From the IMG/VR virus record IMGVR_UViG_3300045988_123906: a stretch of DNA of 64,000 bases; one strand, 5' to 3'. The notes under the pieces are model-generated. The model was not told the DNA's origin. It searched no databases and was given only the letters and a program-made list of their open reading frames with translations. Source of the DNA: a virus. This document shows, one piece after another, positions 19,609 through 28,521 of this stretch (its first letter is position 1; each line of letters opens with the position of its first letter). The translations under genes were made by a program, and so were the position numbers.

Positions 19609-22152
19609 TTATTTCACCATCGCTTCATATATTTTCGGTTCAGCCAGACTATATCGCTGGCCAAGATATTCGTACTCGCCGTTCGGATCGTGAACTGGCA
19701 GCTGAACAGGAACCGGCTTGATATTTTCGACCACACCAGCGCCGGCCATGTGCCACAAGAACTTCTTGAATTTATTGGGATACTTCTCATAGCAAAGCAC
19801 TACAAGAATATTCGCCAGCTCTCTCACATCAGGACACACCAGCTTGCACTTGTTACGGTAGACATTGTAGATCGCCTGCCAGTTCGTTTCATATGTCTTG
19901 GCCTCTTCTTTGGTAATACGCGACTCAATGTCCTTATGATATAATTGCCAGTTGCGGCATTTCTTTTCGAACTCAAGTTGTTCCTTACGGCATTTGTTGA
20001 AGTCCAAGAAAATGGCCTCGATCTCGTCAAAGACTGCCTGGTCATAGGAGACCTCTGGGTCGTACATGATATGCCAATCAAAGCTGCCTGCGGGCTCTTT
20101 GCGCCACCGTACACCGCGCTCCCAACGCTCCAGACTCATGCAAAGCAGGTTCATATTGCTATGTGCCTTGCTGAGATTATGTAAACGTGCGTAGTAAGGA
20201 CCTGCATACTTCATAAAGTAGGGTAGGGGACGACCATAAGCTGCTACATTACGCGGGATCGGATACAGAACACCGGTTTTAGCATAATCGATAGCTTTTC
20301 CGTTGCAGATGCTCAAAAGCGAAATATTATCGTGATAAAGCTTCTTGGTCTTTTCCATGGTCGGAACCTTATTATGGTATGCAGTTGCGTAATTTGAAAT
20401 CTCGCCAATAGAACTCTTCAATCCGCGAATGGTGCAGGCGACTTTGTTCTTCACAATATCACATTCTGCTAACGCAGTGATCTTATCTTCAACATCGAGT
20501 GTAATAGGGATATTATCAGGAACACCACTCATCATCAGTGGATTATCGATGATTAGAACCAGGTCGCCGTCAAAATCAGAACCATTGAGTCTGGAAGCCA
20601 CGATGGATTTGATATTTACCATAGCAACATTCTGAAGATGGCTGCAGTATTTGCGGGTGTATTCGTTGTCTACAGCCTTGGCCTTTACATGCTCGGCAAC
20701 AGAAATATGGGGATTGCGCTCAATTAAGCGGTTTCCCTCCATCACACCACGACGATCAAAGCTGTAGAATTCACCGTCTTCAAGGCAGCCAGTCACAGGA
20801 AGGCCACCAATATGCTGTAACAGTGCAATAAGGTCAGGGGCCCAGAACTTAAAAGTAGCATTCATCCAAAGCCGACCGCACTTCATCTCATTGCGATATT
20901 TATCAAGCAGCGAGTGAATATAATCTTTGATTGCCGGCTCTTTTACCATCACTGGGTTGCGCAGGGCAGCAGCCATGTAATGATTCATTGGGTCGTTGTT
21001 CTCAGCAAGTAAACCAAGGAAGCAGTATGTATAAATCGGGTCGCCTTTGACAATATTCTGATACCAGGTAATGCTGTCATCAGCTAGATGCTTAAAAGAC
21101 TCATTGTCGAGCTGTAGATCTTGAATAACCTGATAGTTACTACGGGTGGAAAGCGGTTCTTGTTCAAGCGTAAAGTTCCATTTAGCCACACCAAGGCAGT
21201 TATCGTACTTCTTGAAAAGTTCCCAGTATCTCTCCCAGTCAGAATAGGTACCAGTTTTCTTGAAATATTTGAGACCCTTGTACATTGAAGCAGTAATAAT
21301 AATCATTGGTTCGCTGCCAGGTGTTACATCATATTCCATGCCCCAGATGTCCTTGATTTTTGTAACGCCGTTCTCTTCAAAAAAACGCTCGTAATCAATC
21401 TCGTGTAAACAACCCTTGATATATGGAGCACGCAGAATCAAACTGTTCATCCGTTCAGAAGTGCCGATACGCTTTTCAAATTCGCGCATGATACTTGGGT
21501 GGCAGATTCCAGCACCATCAAATGCGTTGATATCAATGTCGACTGTTTTTGTGGCGATATCTTTCTGAGTCCAAGTACGTTCTTTACCTGTTTTGCGGTC
21601 ATTAAACGTCACAGTCTTGTCTACCAGATACTCGATCCACTGATTTTTGATCGTTGTCATATAGTCTGGAACAACAATCATTTTGGGGTACCAGTTCTCC
21701 AGGCAGTGGCAGCTGCTCAGCATCAAACCACGATAAGCATAATACTTACTCAGGACGGTTGGTGTTTCAGAAAAATCTAGTTCCATGCTTACACGGCGGT
21801 CGAGTTCAGGGTAGATATGTCGCTCAACAAAACTTAACATGCTCTGACGGACCATACTTGCACTACGTTCACAGAACAGATATTTTTGGCCATTAAATTT
21901 GAATCCATGCTCTACTAAATGATCGATAGCATCAGGGTGGTTCTGGCCGCCTGTTGCATCAACAAAGATAATAAAGCGCTGGAATTTATTCTAATCATCG
22001 GAAATGAGCCGAATCTGTCTAAACAGCATATCGTCACCCTGCAAGACCTTATACTGCTCCATCTCTTCTGGTGTCAGTTTGAAATTATAGTTATGAGAAA
22101 CGATATAATTCAAGTTAAATTTTAGTACGCTATATAATGGTGGACTAAACAA
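19609..22152 (-). CDS. single-subunit double-psi-beta-barrel RNA polymerase (YonO / cellular RdRP-like), with in-frame TAG (21991-21993)
   Basis: Contains NGSDFDGD, which matches the universal beta-prime NADFDGD / DxDGD catalytic loop. The track ORF gives 748 aa. The frame continues upstream through one TAG to a TTG at 22152, 9 nt after GGAG, giving about 847 aa, the size I recall for YonO. Confidence 0.7.
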
Positions 22153-22165
22153 ATAATATCACTCC

Positions 22166-22528
22166 TCAATGAATCAAATTATTCCAGTGGTCGTTAAAGT
22201 GGTCATCGCCGTCATCTTCACCATCGCCGCCACCCATATCATCGTCGCCATACATGATCTCATCGTAGGCCGCCAGACACTTACTGATAAACACAACTAA
22301 AATGGGCGTAACCACCAGGGCAGTAAAGAGCACACGTCCTAGAATCTGATATGTAAGCACAAATACAACAAGCATTTCTGCGATAGTAAACATCCAATCA
22401 ACAAAGTCAACGGAACTTAAAACACCAGCGATAAGTACCATCAGCGGAATAGAGTTAACGCGGATCTCCTGAATATCGTCTCGCTCTGTATCGTTCTCTC
22501 TGCCCGGCTTCTTAGGCTCTTTGTCCAT
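22166..22528 (-). CDS. membrane protein (3 TM segments, acidic C-terminus; holin-like topology)
   Basis: Start taken at MDKEPKK after a GGAGG RBS. Has three hydrophobic helices and a DDDMGGGDGEDDGDD tail. Confidence 0.5.
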   Translation of the reverse strand: MDKEPKKPGRENDTERDDIQEIRVNSIPLMVLIAGVLSSVDFVDWMFTIAEMLVVFVLTYQILGRVLFTALVVTPILVVFISKCLAAYDEIMYGDDDMGGGDGEDDGDDHFNDHWNNLIH

Positions 22529-22544
22529 ACTATTGTGTACCTCC

Positions 22545-22727
22545 TTAGTCCTCGTCGTCGTCGTCCCACATTGTGCGCCGCTTCCGCCGCTCTGATTGCC
22601 GCTGGCGTTCGCCGCTTTCCTGAGCCTTCTCAACTTCCTGCAAAAACTGATTCTCGATCATACGCTGTTTGCGGGCGTTACGCATATAGCTGCTCTTAGA
22701 TACCTTATCACGCTTGCGATCACTCAT
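22545..22727 (-). CDS. small highly charged protein
   Basis: Start MSDRKRDK after a GAGGAGG RBS. Arg/Lys/Glu-rich, ending in DDDDED. Confidence 0.5.
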   Translation of the reverse strand: MSDRKRDKVSKSSYMRNARKQRMIENQFLQEVEKAQESGERQRQSERRKRRTMWDDDDED

Positions 22728-22995
22728 CGTCGCCGTCCTCCTCATCATAACCATAATCATCTGGGCAGTACATCTCATGGAACAAATATCGTGTCAAAGA
22801 AGGGGACATAGGTGTACCATCTTCCATCCACAACGTATCATAAAGCGATGCATTGCCGATCAGTTCCTGCTATTCTGCATATACCTGAATCGCGTCAAGG
22901 ATATCCTCGTAAGTTACATCATAATCGCGCACAGCATCAGCTACGGCAAATCCAATATTATAAATATCCTGTTTTGAAAAGTCGTTTTCTTTCAT
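22720..22995 (-). CDS. hypothetical protein with in-frame TAG (22870-22872)
   Basis: ATG 22995 follows a GGAGGAAC RBS. It has 41 codons, TAG, then 49 codons to a TGA inside an ATGAGTGA overlap with the next gene. It is invisible in the standard-code track. Confidence 0.55.
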
Positions 22996-23006
22996 ATAGT
23001 TCCTCC

Positions 23007-23276
23007 TTATATCAGCGGCTCACAAATACATGGTCCTGTCAGTAAATCTATTTTATGTTCAAGTTCTGCGATCCGAGCTTGTAATTGATCAATCGCAGTT
23101 TGATACGAGGTTGTTGTTGCTCTTATAGTATCTATACGTTCTACTGCAAAATGCGACAGAGTATTTGCTTCATCGACTTTGATAATCGCATGGTTTACTG
23201 TATCGTGCATAGAAAATAAATGATTATCTATTTCTTCAACTCTTACAGTTAGCTCTTGTTCATCCAATATTTTCAT
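23007..23276 (-). CDS. CxC-tail family member M7 (coiled-coil body; tail GPCICEPLI)
   Basis: 89-aa ORF with a degenerate version of the shared C-terminal tail. Confidence 0.6.
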   Translation of the reverse strand: MKILDEQELTVRVEEIDNHLFSMHDTVNHAIIKVDEANTLSHFAVERIDTIRATTTSYQTAIDQLQARIAELEHKIDLLTGPCICEPLI

Positions 23277-23281
23277 CTCCT

Positions 23282-23596
23282 TTACAATAGACTTTCACAA
23301 TAATATTCACTATTTGTATTGATATCTCCATTTATCAGTTTAAGATATCGTCTGTACATCTGTTCAGCATAAGGCCCAGCAATTTCGAATTCAAATCCGT
23401 TATTTAATAAGAAAAGTCTTACTTTCCTTTTAACTACAAACGTTTCATCTGGTTCTCCATAGCGGCAAACCGTCATATCGTCTTCGTCTATTTGAAATCT
23501 GAAATTATCAAATTCTATTTTACAATCATTTTCAATTTCGATATGTAATTGTAGGGCTGCTTGTTGTTGTACTTCTTCACTGATATATTTTTTCAT
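23282..23596 (-). CDS. CxC-tail family member M6 (tail SEYYCESLL)
   Basis: 104-aa ORF. ATGA overlap with the upstream gene. Confidence 0.65.
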   Translation of the reverse strand: MKKYISEEVQQQAALQLHIEIENDCKIEFDNFRFQIDEDDMTVCRYGEPDETFVVKRKVRLFLLNNGFEFEIAGPYAEQMYRRYLKLINGDINTNSEYYCESLL

Positions 23597-23886
23597 AATA
23601 GACTCTCACAGTAACACTCATTGTGAATAGATACATTGTATTCTTCTTTTGGAAAATTTTTCGATATATAGTCTTTGATAAGCTTTTGTAAAGTTTCATC
23701 AGTAACTATGGTGTTATAATCAACCCATTTGTCGAATTGAATAGTGTGATGTGAATTGCCATGATTTACAGTGTCTATGGTCGATCCATTTTCAAATTGA
23801 ATTCGTACAGGCTGCTTCCAATCTGATGGATATATGTATATCTTATCATCGGGTATCAATAATTGATTGTTCATATCGTGCCTCAT
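23593..23886 (-). CDS. CxC-tail family member M5 (tail NECYCESLL)
   Basis: Start taken at the ATGA overlap with the upstream stop (MRHDMNNQ...). Confidence 0.65.
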   Translation of the reverse strand: MRHDMNNQLLIPDDKIYIYPSDWKQPVRIQFENGSTIDTVNHGNSHHTIQFDKWVDYNTIVTDETLQKLIKDYISKNFPKEEYNVSIHNECYCESLL

Positions 23887-24209
23887 AATAGTGATTCGCA
23901 GACACACTCGTTTTCTGCCTCGACAACATTAGGAATTGCAATCGTCCACAGTGTGTCGTGTCCCATTCCATAGTATTTTACTTCCGCTTGAACTTCACGC
24001 TGGTTACCATTTGCGTCAATGTAAGATACGATTTCGTTTGTGGTTCGCAGTGGTTTATCGCTTGGCAGAGCCCATGTGAATCCATCTTTCGCCCAGTCAA
24101 AAGTAAACTCGCCACTGTTGATATCATCGGGATATCTGTACTTACACCATCGCAACGTGCGATCATCATGCAGCGTATCAAATCTATTCATTGTTGGCAC
24201 CTCTGTCAT
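23883..24209 (-). CDS. CxC-tail family member M4 (tail NECVCESLL)
   Basis: 108-aa ORF. ATGA overlap upstream. Confidence 0.65.
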   Translation of the reverse strand: MTEVPTMNRFDTLHDDRTLRWCKYRYPDDINSGEFTFDWAKDGFTWALPSDKPLRTTNEIVSYIDANGNQREVQAEVKYYGMGHDTLWTIAIPNVVEAENECVCESLL

Positions 24210-24670
24210 ACCAAGCTGTCACACACGCATTCATCCCGCTGCACTTCTTTAGGCGCAGTTGGCGGTGTAAACTCAACCTCGCTCGGATCGTATGTCATCA
24301 AAGAACAGGCATCGATTCGCACATTCGGGAAGCACATGAACTTAAAGCATCGGTCAATATCATCAACAACAAGTGGCTTATCCTCTAAGTGCAATCCACG
24401 ATAATTATCGGGAGGACAAGTAGTTGTTATCACGTGAATACTGTATTCTCCGCGAGCTCTGCTTTGTAAATCCACTATAAGGCATTGATGATCAACCCTA
24501 TACCCCTAATATTGAATATCAAGGTTCCTTGCGATTTCCTTGATATAGTCCTGTGCACATAATATAGCCGTCCCGCCCATCGGCACCAAGATGTTACAGT
24601 TGTTCTTAACAGCGTATTCGCAGATCGCATATGTACGTCCACCGCCTCGTGGCGCTAATATTCTTTCCAT
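24206..24670 (-). CDS. CxC-tail family member M3 (tail DECVCDSLV), with in-frame TAG (24506-24508)
   Basis: ATG 24670 follows a GGAGGGTG RBS. It has 54 codons, TAG, then 100 codons. The N-terminus begins MERILAPRGGGRTYA. Confidence 0.6.
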
Positions 24671-24682
24671 ATTTCACCCTCC

Positions 24683-25255
24683 TTACAATAGCGGTCTGCA
24701 CACACATTCGCACTGTTGATCAGCCAGAGCATCACGGATTACATCGTCCAGACATTCTGGTGTGATGGAGAACTGCTGGAACAAGTCAAACTGATTGTTG
24801 TTCATCAAATAGTTCATGGTGATCCGCCGCATTTTGTTCTCTGAAATATACTTCGCATCCTCTTCACCATACAGCCGCACGATCTCCTTGAAAAATTCAA
24901 AAGTATCGGTCAGCGCCAGCCTATCGTCAAAATAGAATGTCGTATATTGTGCGCCGAATTTATCTTTATTGAATATATTCCAAAAATCTTCGGGTGATTT
25001 ACAGATTGCGGTCTCCTTGCGATGCTTTTGCACAGTATCCATGCGTTCATACCAGTCACACACTGTGTCATAGATCGATGGCCTTACGAATAAAACGCGC
25101 ATTATTTCTTCTCCTTCAAAAACTGTTTTTGAGTTATGATATTGCGCTCCATATTTCAACGTCCTGAGTTGGTTCCTTTTCTTATGGAGTCTAGCACCAG
25201 ATGCATTTGCTAAGGCTCTATATGTGTTAATCAAATTATTTATTCTGTCTGTCAT
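24683..25255 (-). CDS. CxC-tail family member M2 (tail QCECVCRPLL)
   Basis: Start taken at the ATGA overlap (MTDRINN...). The body is 190 aa. Confidence 0.65.
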   Translation of the reverse strand: MTDRINNLINTYRALANASGARLHKKRNQLRTLKYGAQYHNSKTVFEGEEIMRVLFVRPSIYDTVCDWYERMDTVQKHRKETAICKSPEDFWNIFNKDKFGAQYTTFYFDDRLALTDTFEFFKEIVRLYGEEDAKYISENKMRRITMNYLMNNNQFDLFQQFSITPECLDDVIRDALADQQCECVCRPLL

Positions 25256-25488
25256 AATAAGCTCTCGCATATACATTCGTTTTCTGATTCTGGATAGTAG
25301 GGGATTGGATAACTGTATTGAGCCGCACGTCGATCTTCAGAGCAATTTCCTGGACGAAGTATATGTCGCGGATGAAAAGATAAGTCATGACCAAGCTCCC
25401 AGCGAAATCCTTGATAATCGAACCAGGTAGTATCTTGATTTTTGCTTAGAGTATCATAGAGATTGTTCATCACTTTATCGATTGTCAT
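25252..25488 (-). CDS. CxC-tail family member M1 (tail NECICESLL)
   Basis: 78-aa ORF. ATGA overlap upstream. Confidence 0.65.
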   Translation of the reverse strand: MTIDKVMNNLYDTLSKNQDTTWFDYQGFRWELGHDLSFHPRHILRPGNCSEDRRAAQYSYPIPYYPESENECICESLL

Positions 25489-25589
25489 ATACTGTACCCT
25501 TTGTTACTCATACGACCTTCGGTATCATCAGGTTTGCGCCGCGCTCTTTTACGAACTTGTCGATGAAATACTGCTGACCCTTCTGTCAT
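25485..25589 (-). CDS. small basic protein (34 aa)
   Basis: Product is MTEGSAVFHRQVRKRARRKPDD... ATGA overlaps on both sides. Below the ORF-track size cutoff. Confidence 0.4.
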   Translation of the reverse strand: MTEGSAVFHRQVRKRARRKPDDTEGRMSNKGYSI

Positions 25590-25759
25590 GTTTGTTCTCC
25601 TATGTATTTCTTGAATAACTCTACTATTTGTTCGAATTCCGCTTCTTTGTAACGGTCATACAAAGCTTTCGCCAAACCGTCAATCGCTTCATAGTTCCAG
25701 TCGCCAGTAGGAGAGATGTAATCCATTAGTCGTAAGCCGTCTATTCTTACTTTTATCAT
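25586..25759 (-). CDS. hypothetical protein (57 aa)
   Basis: Product is MIKVRIDGLRLMDY... AAGGGG RBS. ATGA overlap downstream. Confidence 0.45.
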   Translation of the reverse strand: MIKVRIDGLRLMDYISPTGDWNYEAIDGLAKALYDRYKEAEFEQIVELFKKYIGEQT

Positions 25760-25772
25760 TCTGCTGCACCCC

Positions 25773-27164
25773 TTAGTCTAACAGGTCAGCCAGTTGTGCT
25801 GTCTCGCTGCGTTCCGTCTTGTTCAGGTAGACATATCCAAAGTGCGGGTTACCAGCCAGACACTGAATTGCTTTACGCATTCCGCTGTTATTTTCAAACA
25901 CGGCCTCGTCAGTCTGCTTCAGGTCACCATCAAGCCACAGCATAGATCCCTCACCAACACGGCCGAGTAACAGCTGTACATGCTCTTTGGTCAGATTCTC
26001 AGCCTCTGAAACCATAATAATTGCATTCTTGTAGTCGCGGCCACGAATAAATCCAAGGTGAGCTACTTCTACCTGCCCATTATTGATCCAGTATTCCAAA
26101 CCAGCCTTGCCGCCCAAGTGATCAGCCAGAGGGCCAGCAAAAGAAGCAGCGCCGAGCTTCTCTAGTAGGGTACCGGGTAGTGCGCCCAGCTCCTTGGTAT
26201 TCTTGACTTCGATGTTATTGCGAATCCAGATCAGCTTCTCAACTTTGTGCTTCTCGATCATATCAATAGCAGAGGACACCATAAGCATTGTCTTGCCGCT
26301 GCCGAATGTTCCAGCCAGCATTTTAACGGTAATATCGTCGTTCTGCAGCATATCAAATGCGAGCTTCTGTTGATCATTGAGTGGTTTTACGTCGCCAGTG
26401 AAGCGATTACTGATCTTTTTGTATTTGAGTGGTACATATTTCTTGCCATTCCATCGTAGCCAGCCTACCGCATTACCTGCCGGCATATCATCGTCTACTG
26501 TGTCTGGATCACGAACAATCAGATAGCCATTCACTGGAGTGTCAAACAGATTCTGATATGTATAGCCTTCATCGTGGGTCTGATATGCCATCGCCATGGC
26601 TTCCTCGCCGCCTTCATCAAGAGTGACTTCGGTCTAGCCAGTGTAGTTATTGTTGGCGCTTACTGCTGCATCGGGATAGGTGAATTCGATCGGCAGGTAA
26701 AGAATGCCGCTGGCAATATTGGCGCAACTTAGGTCGCTGGTAACGAACTTGAAAGAATCAATGTTGGCCTGGATCTGTCGCTGTGCTTCCGGGAGCCCGG
26801 CTTCAATCGCGTCATCCAGGTTGCGCTGCATCTCGTCCAGATACCAGCGGGCGGTTGCCATGATTGTCGCGTCGTTGTTGTCACTAATCGGTTTGCCATC
26901 CAGAATATAGAACAGGGAAGACATTGGGACTGCCACTACCATAAAGGTGTTGTCGTCGTGATGCTCGGCCAGCAGGCGGGTTACAGTACGGGCCTTATAG
27001 CGGATCTCTTCGCTCTTCTTGCCGCTTGTTTTGATCTCTTCCAGCTCATGCAGTGTCATATCGGCAATCAGAAACGGCTCTGTTGCACCAGAGGCTGTTG
27101 CACTGGCAGGTTCGAAAGCGGCGGCTCCCAAATCAAGAAGCGCGGAGGTGTCATAAAACTTCAT
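25773..27164 (-). CDS. phoH: PIN-PhoH (PhoH2/YlaK-like) ATPase, with in-frame TAG (26634-26636)
   Basis: The N-terminal ORF has PIN features (FYDTSALLDLG, LHELEEIK). The C-terminal ORF has P-loop GTFGSGKT and Walker B-like VSEAENLT. The two are in one frame, joined by TAG and 12 codons, reproducing the known fused PIN-PhoH architecture. Confidence 0.8.
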
Positions 27165-27225
27165 TAACGGGTTATCCTCCTTTAATAATGATATTGTAAA
27201 GTGTGATTGACTACTGAAAAGATAA

Positions 27226-27260
27226 GCTCGCAGCTGTGGAGAGAACTGCGGGCTTTTTCT
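27226..27260 (+). terminator. terminator-like hairpin in the control region
   Basis: 8-bp stem GCTCGCAG/CTGCGGGC with a 12-nt loop, followed by TTTTTCTTT. No annotated plus-strand gene lies upstream, so it may end a short RNA. Confidence 0.35.
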
Positions 27261-27495
27261 TTATACCTTATTATACACCAATGACGTGGTAAAAGCAATA
27301 GTTTTGTGCAAAATACCGGAATAAAATAATCTGTTGTAAAAATAAATAAAATATAGTAAAAATGGCAGAAAAATTATTAAAATTAAGCAAAAATGAGCAA
27401 AAATAATGCATTTTAAGCGTTTCTGCGGCGCTTTTGGGGCGCTGTTACGCGGCGATCAAGATACAACTGCGTGAAGATTGGGGTGAAAAACATTA

Positions 27496-27525
27496 TTGAC
27501 GCGGAGCGTTTTATAACGATAATAC
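27496..27525 (+). promoter_or_regulatory. sigma-70/sigma-A-like promoter candidate
   Basis: TTGACG, 18 nt, TAATAC. The -10 hexamer is the same as in the candidate at 39147. It points into the G-rich block. Confidence 0.35.
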
Positions 27526-27530
27526 GTTGT

Positions 27531-27800
27531 TTACCGGAGACAAAATCGGGGGTTAAATATGGGCGTTTTACGGGTGCGCAGATAGGGGAGATGACGGAAG
27601 ATTATGGGGTGATCAACAGGTGATTTTGGGTGCTGGTGACTGCGAATGAGGGGCGAATGTGGATGGATGATTGTTGCGTGGAGGAGGTGAGTGAGAGGCG
27701 GGTGAGGTGCGAAAACCGGGTGATTTGGTACGGGCTGGGGAGATGGAATAACTGGTACGCACGACCCAAACTCGACCCCTTTTCCAATTTTTAACATCCC
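27531..27800. repeat. G-rich, C-poor block with GGTGA iteron-like repeats
   Basis: Top strand is strongly G+T-rich. GGTGA recurs at least 6 times (GGGGTGATC, CAGGTGATT, CTGGTGACT, GAGGTGAGTGAG, GGGTGAGGTG, CGGGTGATT), and there are many G3-G5 runs. The minus-strand ORFs here are low-complexity artefacts. Confidence 0.5.
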
Positions 27801-28425
27801 CCCGGTATGGCCCGAAAAGTCTAGGACTCATGCGGGTTTTCGGTGAATGCTACCTTCCGTTATTAGGTAGTATTCGAGTGCTGGAAATCTGGAATTTTCT
27901 TTTATACCTTATCTATATATAGGGGAAATCCTTGCATGGATGTTTCGTGCAAAAAATTTAATATGCTATTATGTAGTCACTCCAAGGGGCTACGGAAACA
28001 AGGCCCCGGGGAGTAGTCGCACCTTGAAAATTGCAAAGTTTGGATTTTCCCATGTGGGCGGTTTATACCGTGCCGGGTTTTCCGGTCAAGTGGTTATCCC
28101 TTGCCATTCCAAAACATGGGTCTCCTATCTGAGCAATTAGTGCGCCCAAACCCCCGATGGCCAAACATTACTGGCATAATTCCCAAGAACGTGGGAGAAG
28201 TTGCGGGGATGGTGTACCTTGACAACAGAATACAGGCAGTTCCGAGAACAACACAATAGGAATTGTTGCAACAAGGTCAGAGCTACTGTTGTAGAGCATG
28301 GAAAACGCCAAGGTCAGAGCTGGCGACAATTAACAAGCTCCAGAGAAATAAGTGTTTGATGGGTTTGGAACCCTAGAGGAGAAAGAAACCTTACTTGGTT
28401 ACAATTGTAGCCATTTTACATAAAG

Positions 28426-28463
28426 CCGGGCGCTTGGTAGTACCGGGGGAGACGTAACTACCA
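28426..28463 (+). ncRNA. pseudoknot motif copy 1
   Basis: CCGG-GCGCT-[TGGTAGT]-A-CCGG-GGGAGACGTA-[ACTACCA]. The stem is 7 bp. The 5' CCGG pairs with the loop CCGG. It lies 59 nt upstream of ATG 28522. Confidence 0.6.
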
Positions 28464-28521
28464 CCAACGGCAAAACGCCGTGTCCGATATACACCAACTG
28501 AGAAAACAAGAGGTAATAACT

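Noticed and set aside
27531-27831. Minus-strand ORFs in the G-rich block (27531..27797, 27602..27787, 27613..27831)
   Set aside because: Their products are Pro/His/Ser-rich low-complexity sequences caused by the C-rich complement of a G-rich repeat. They have no RBS and three overlapping frames are open.
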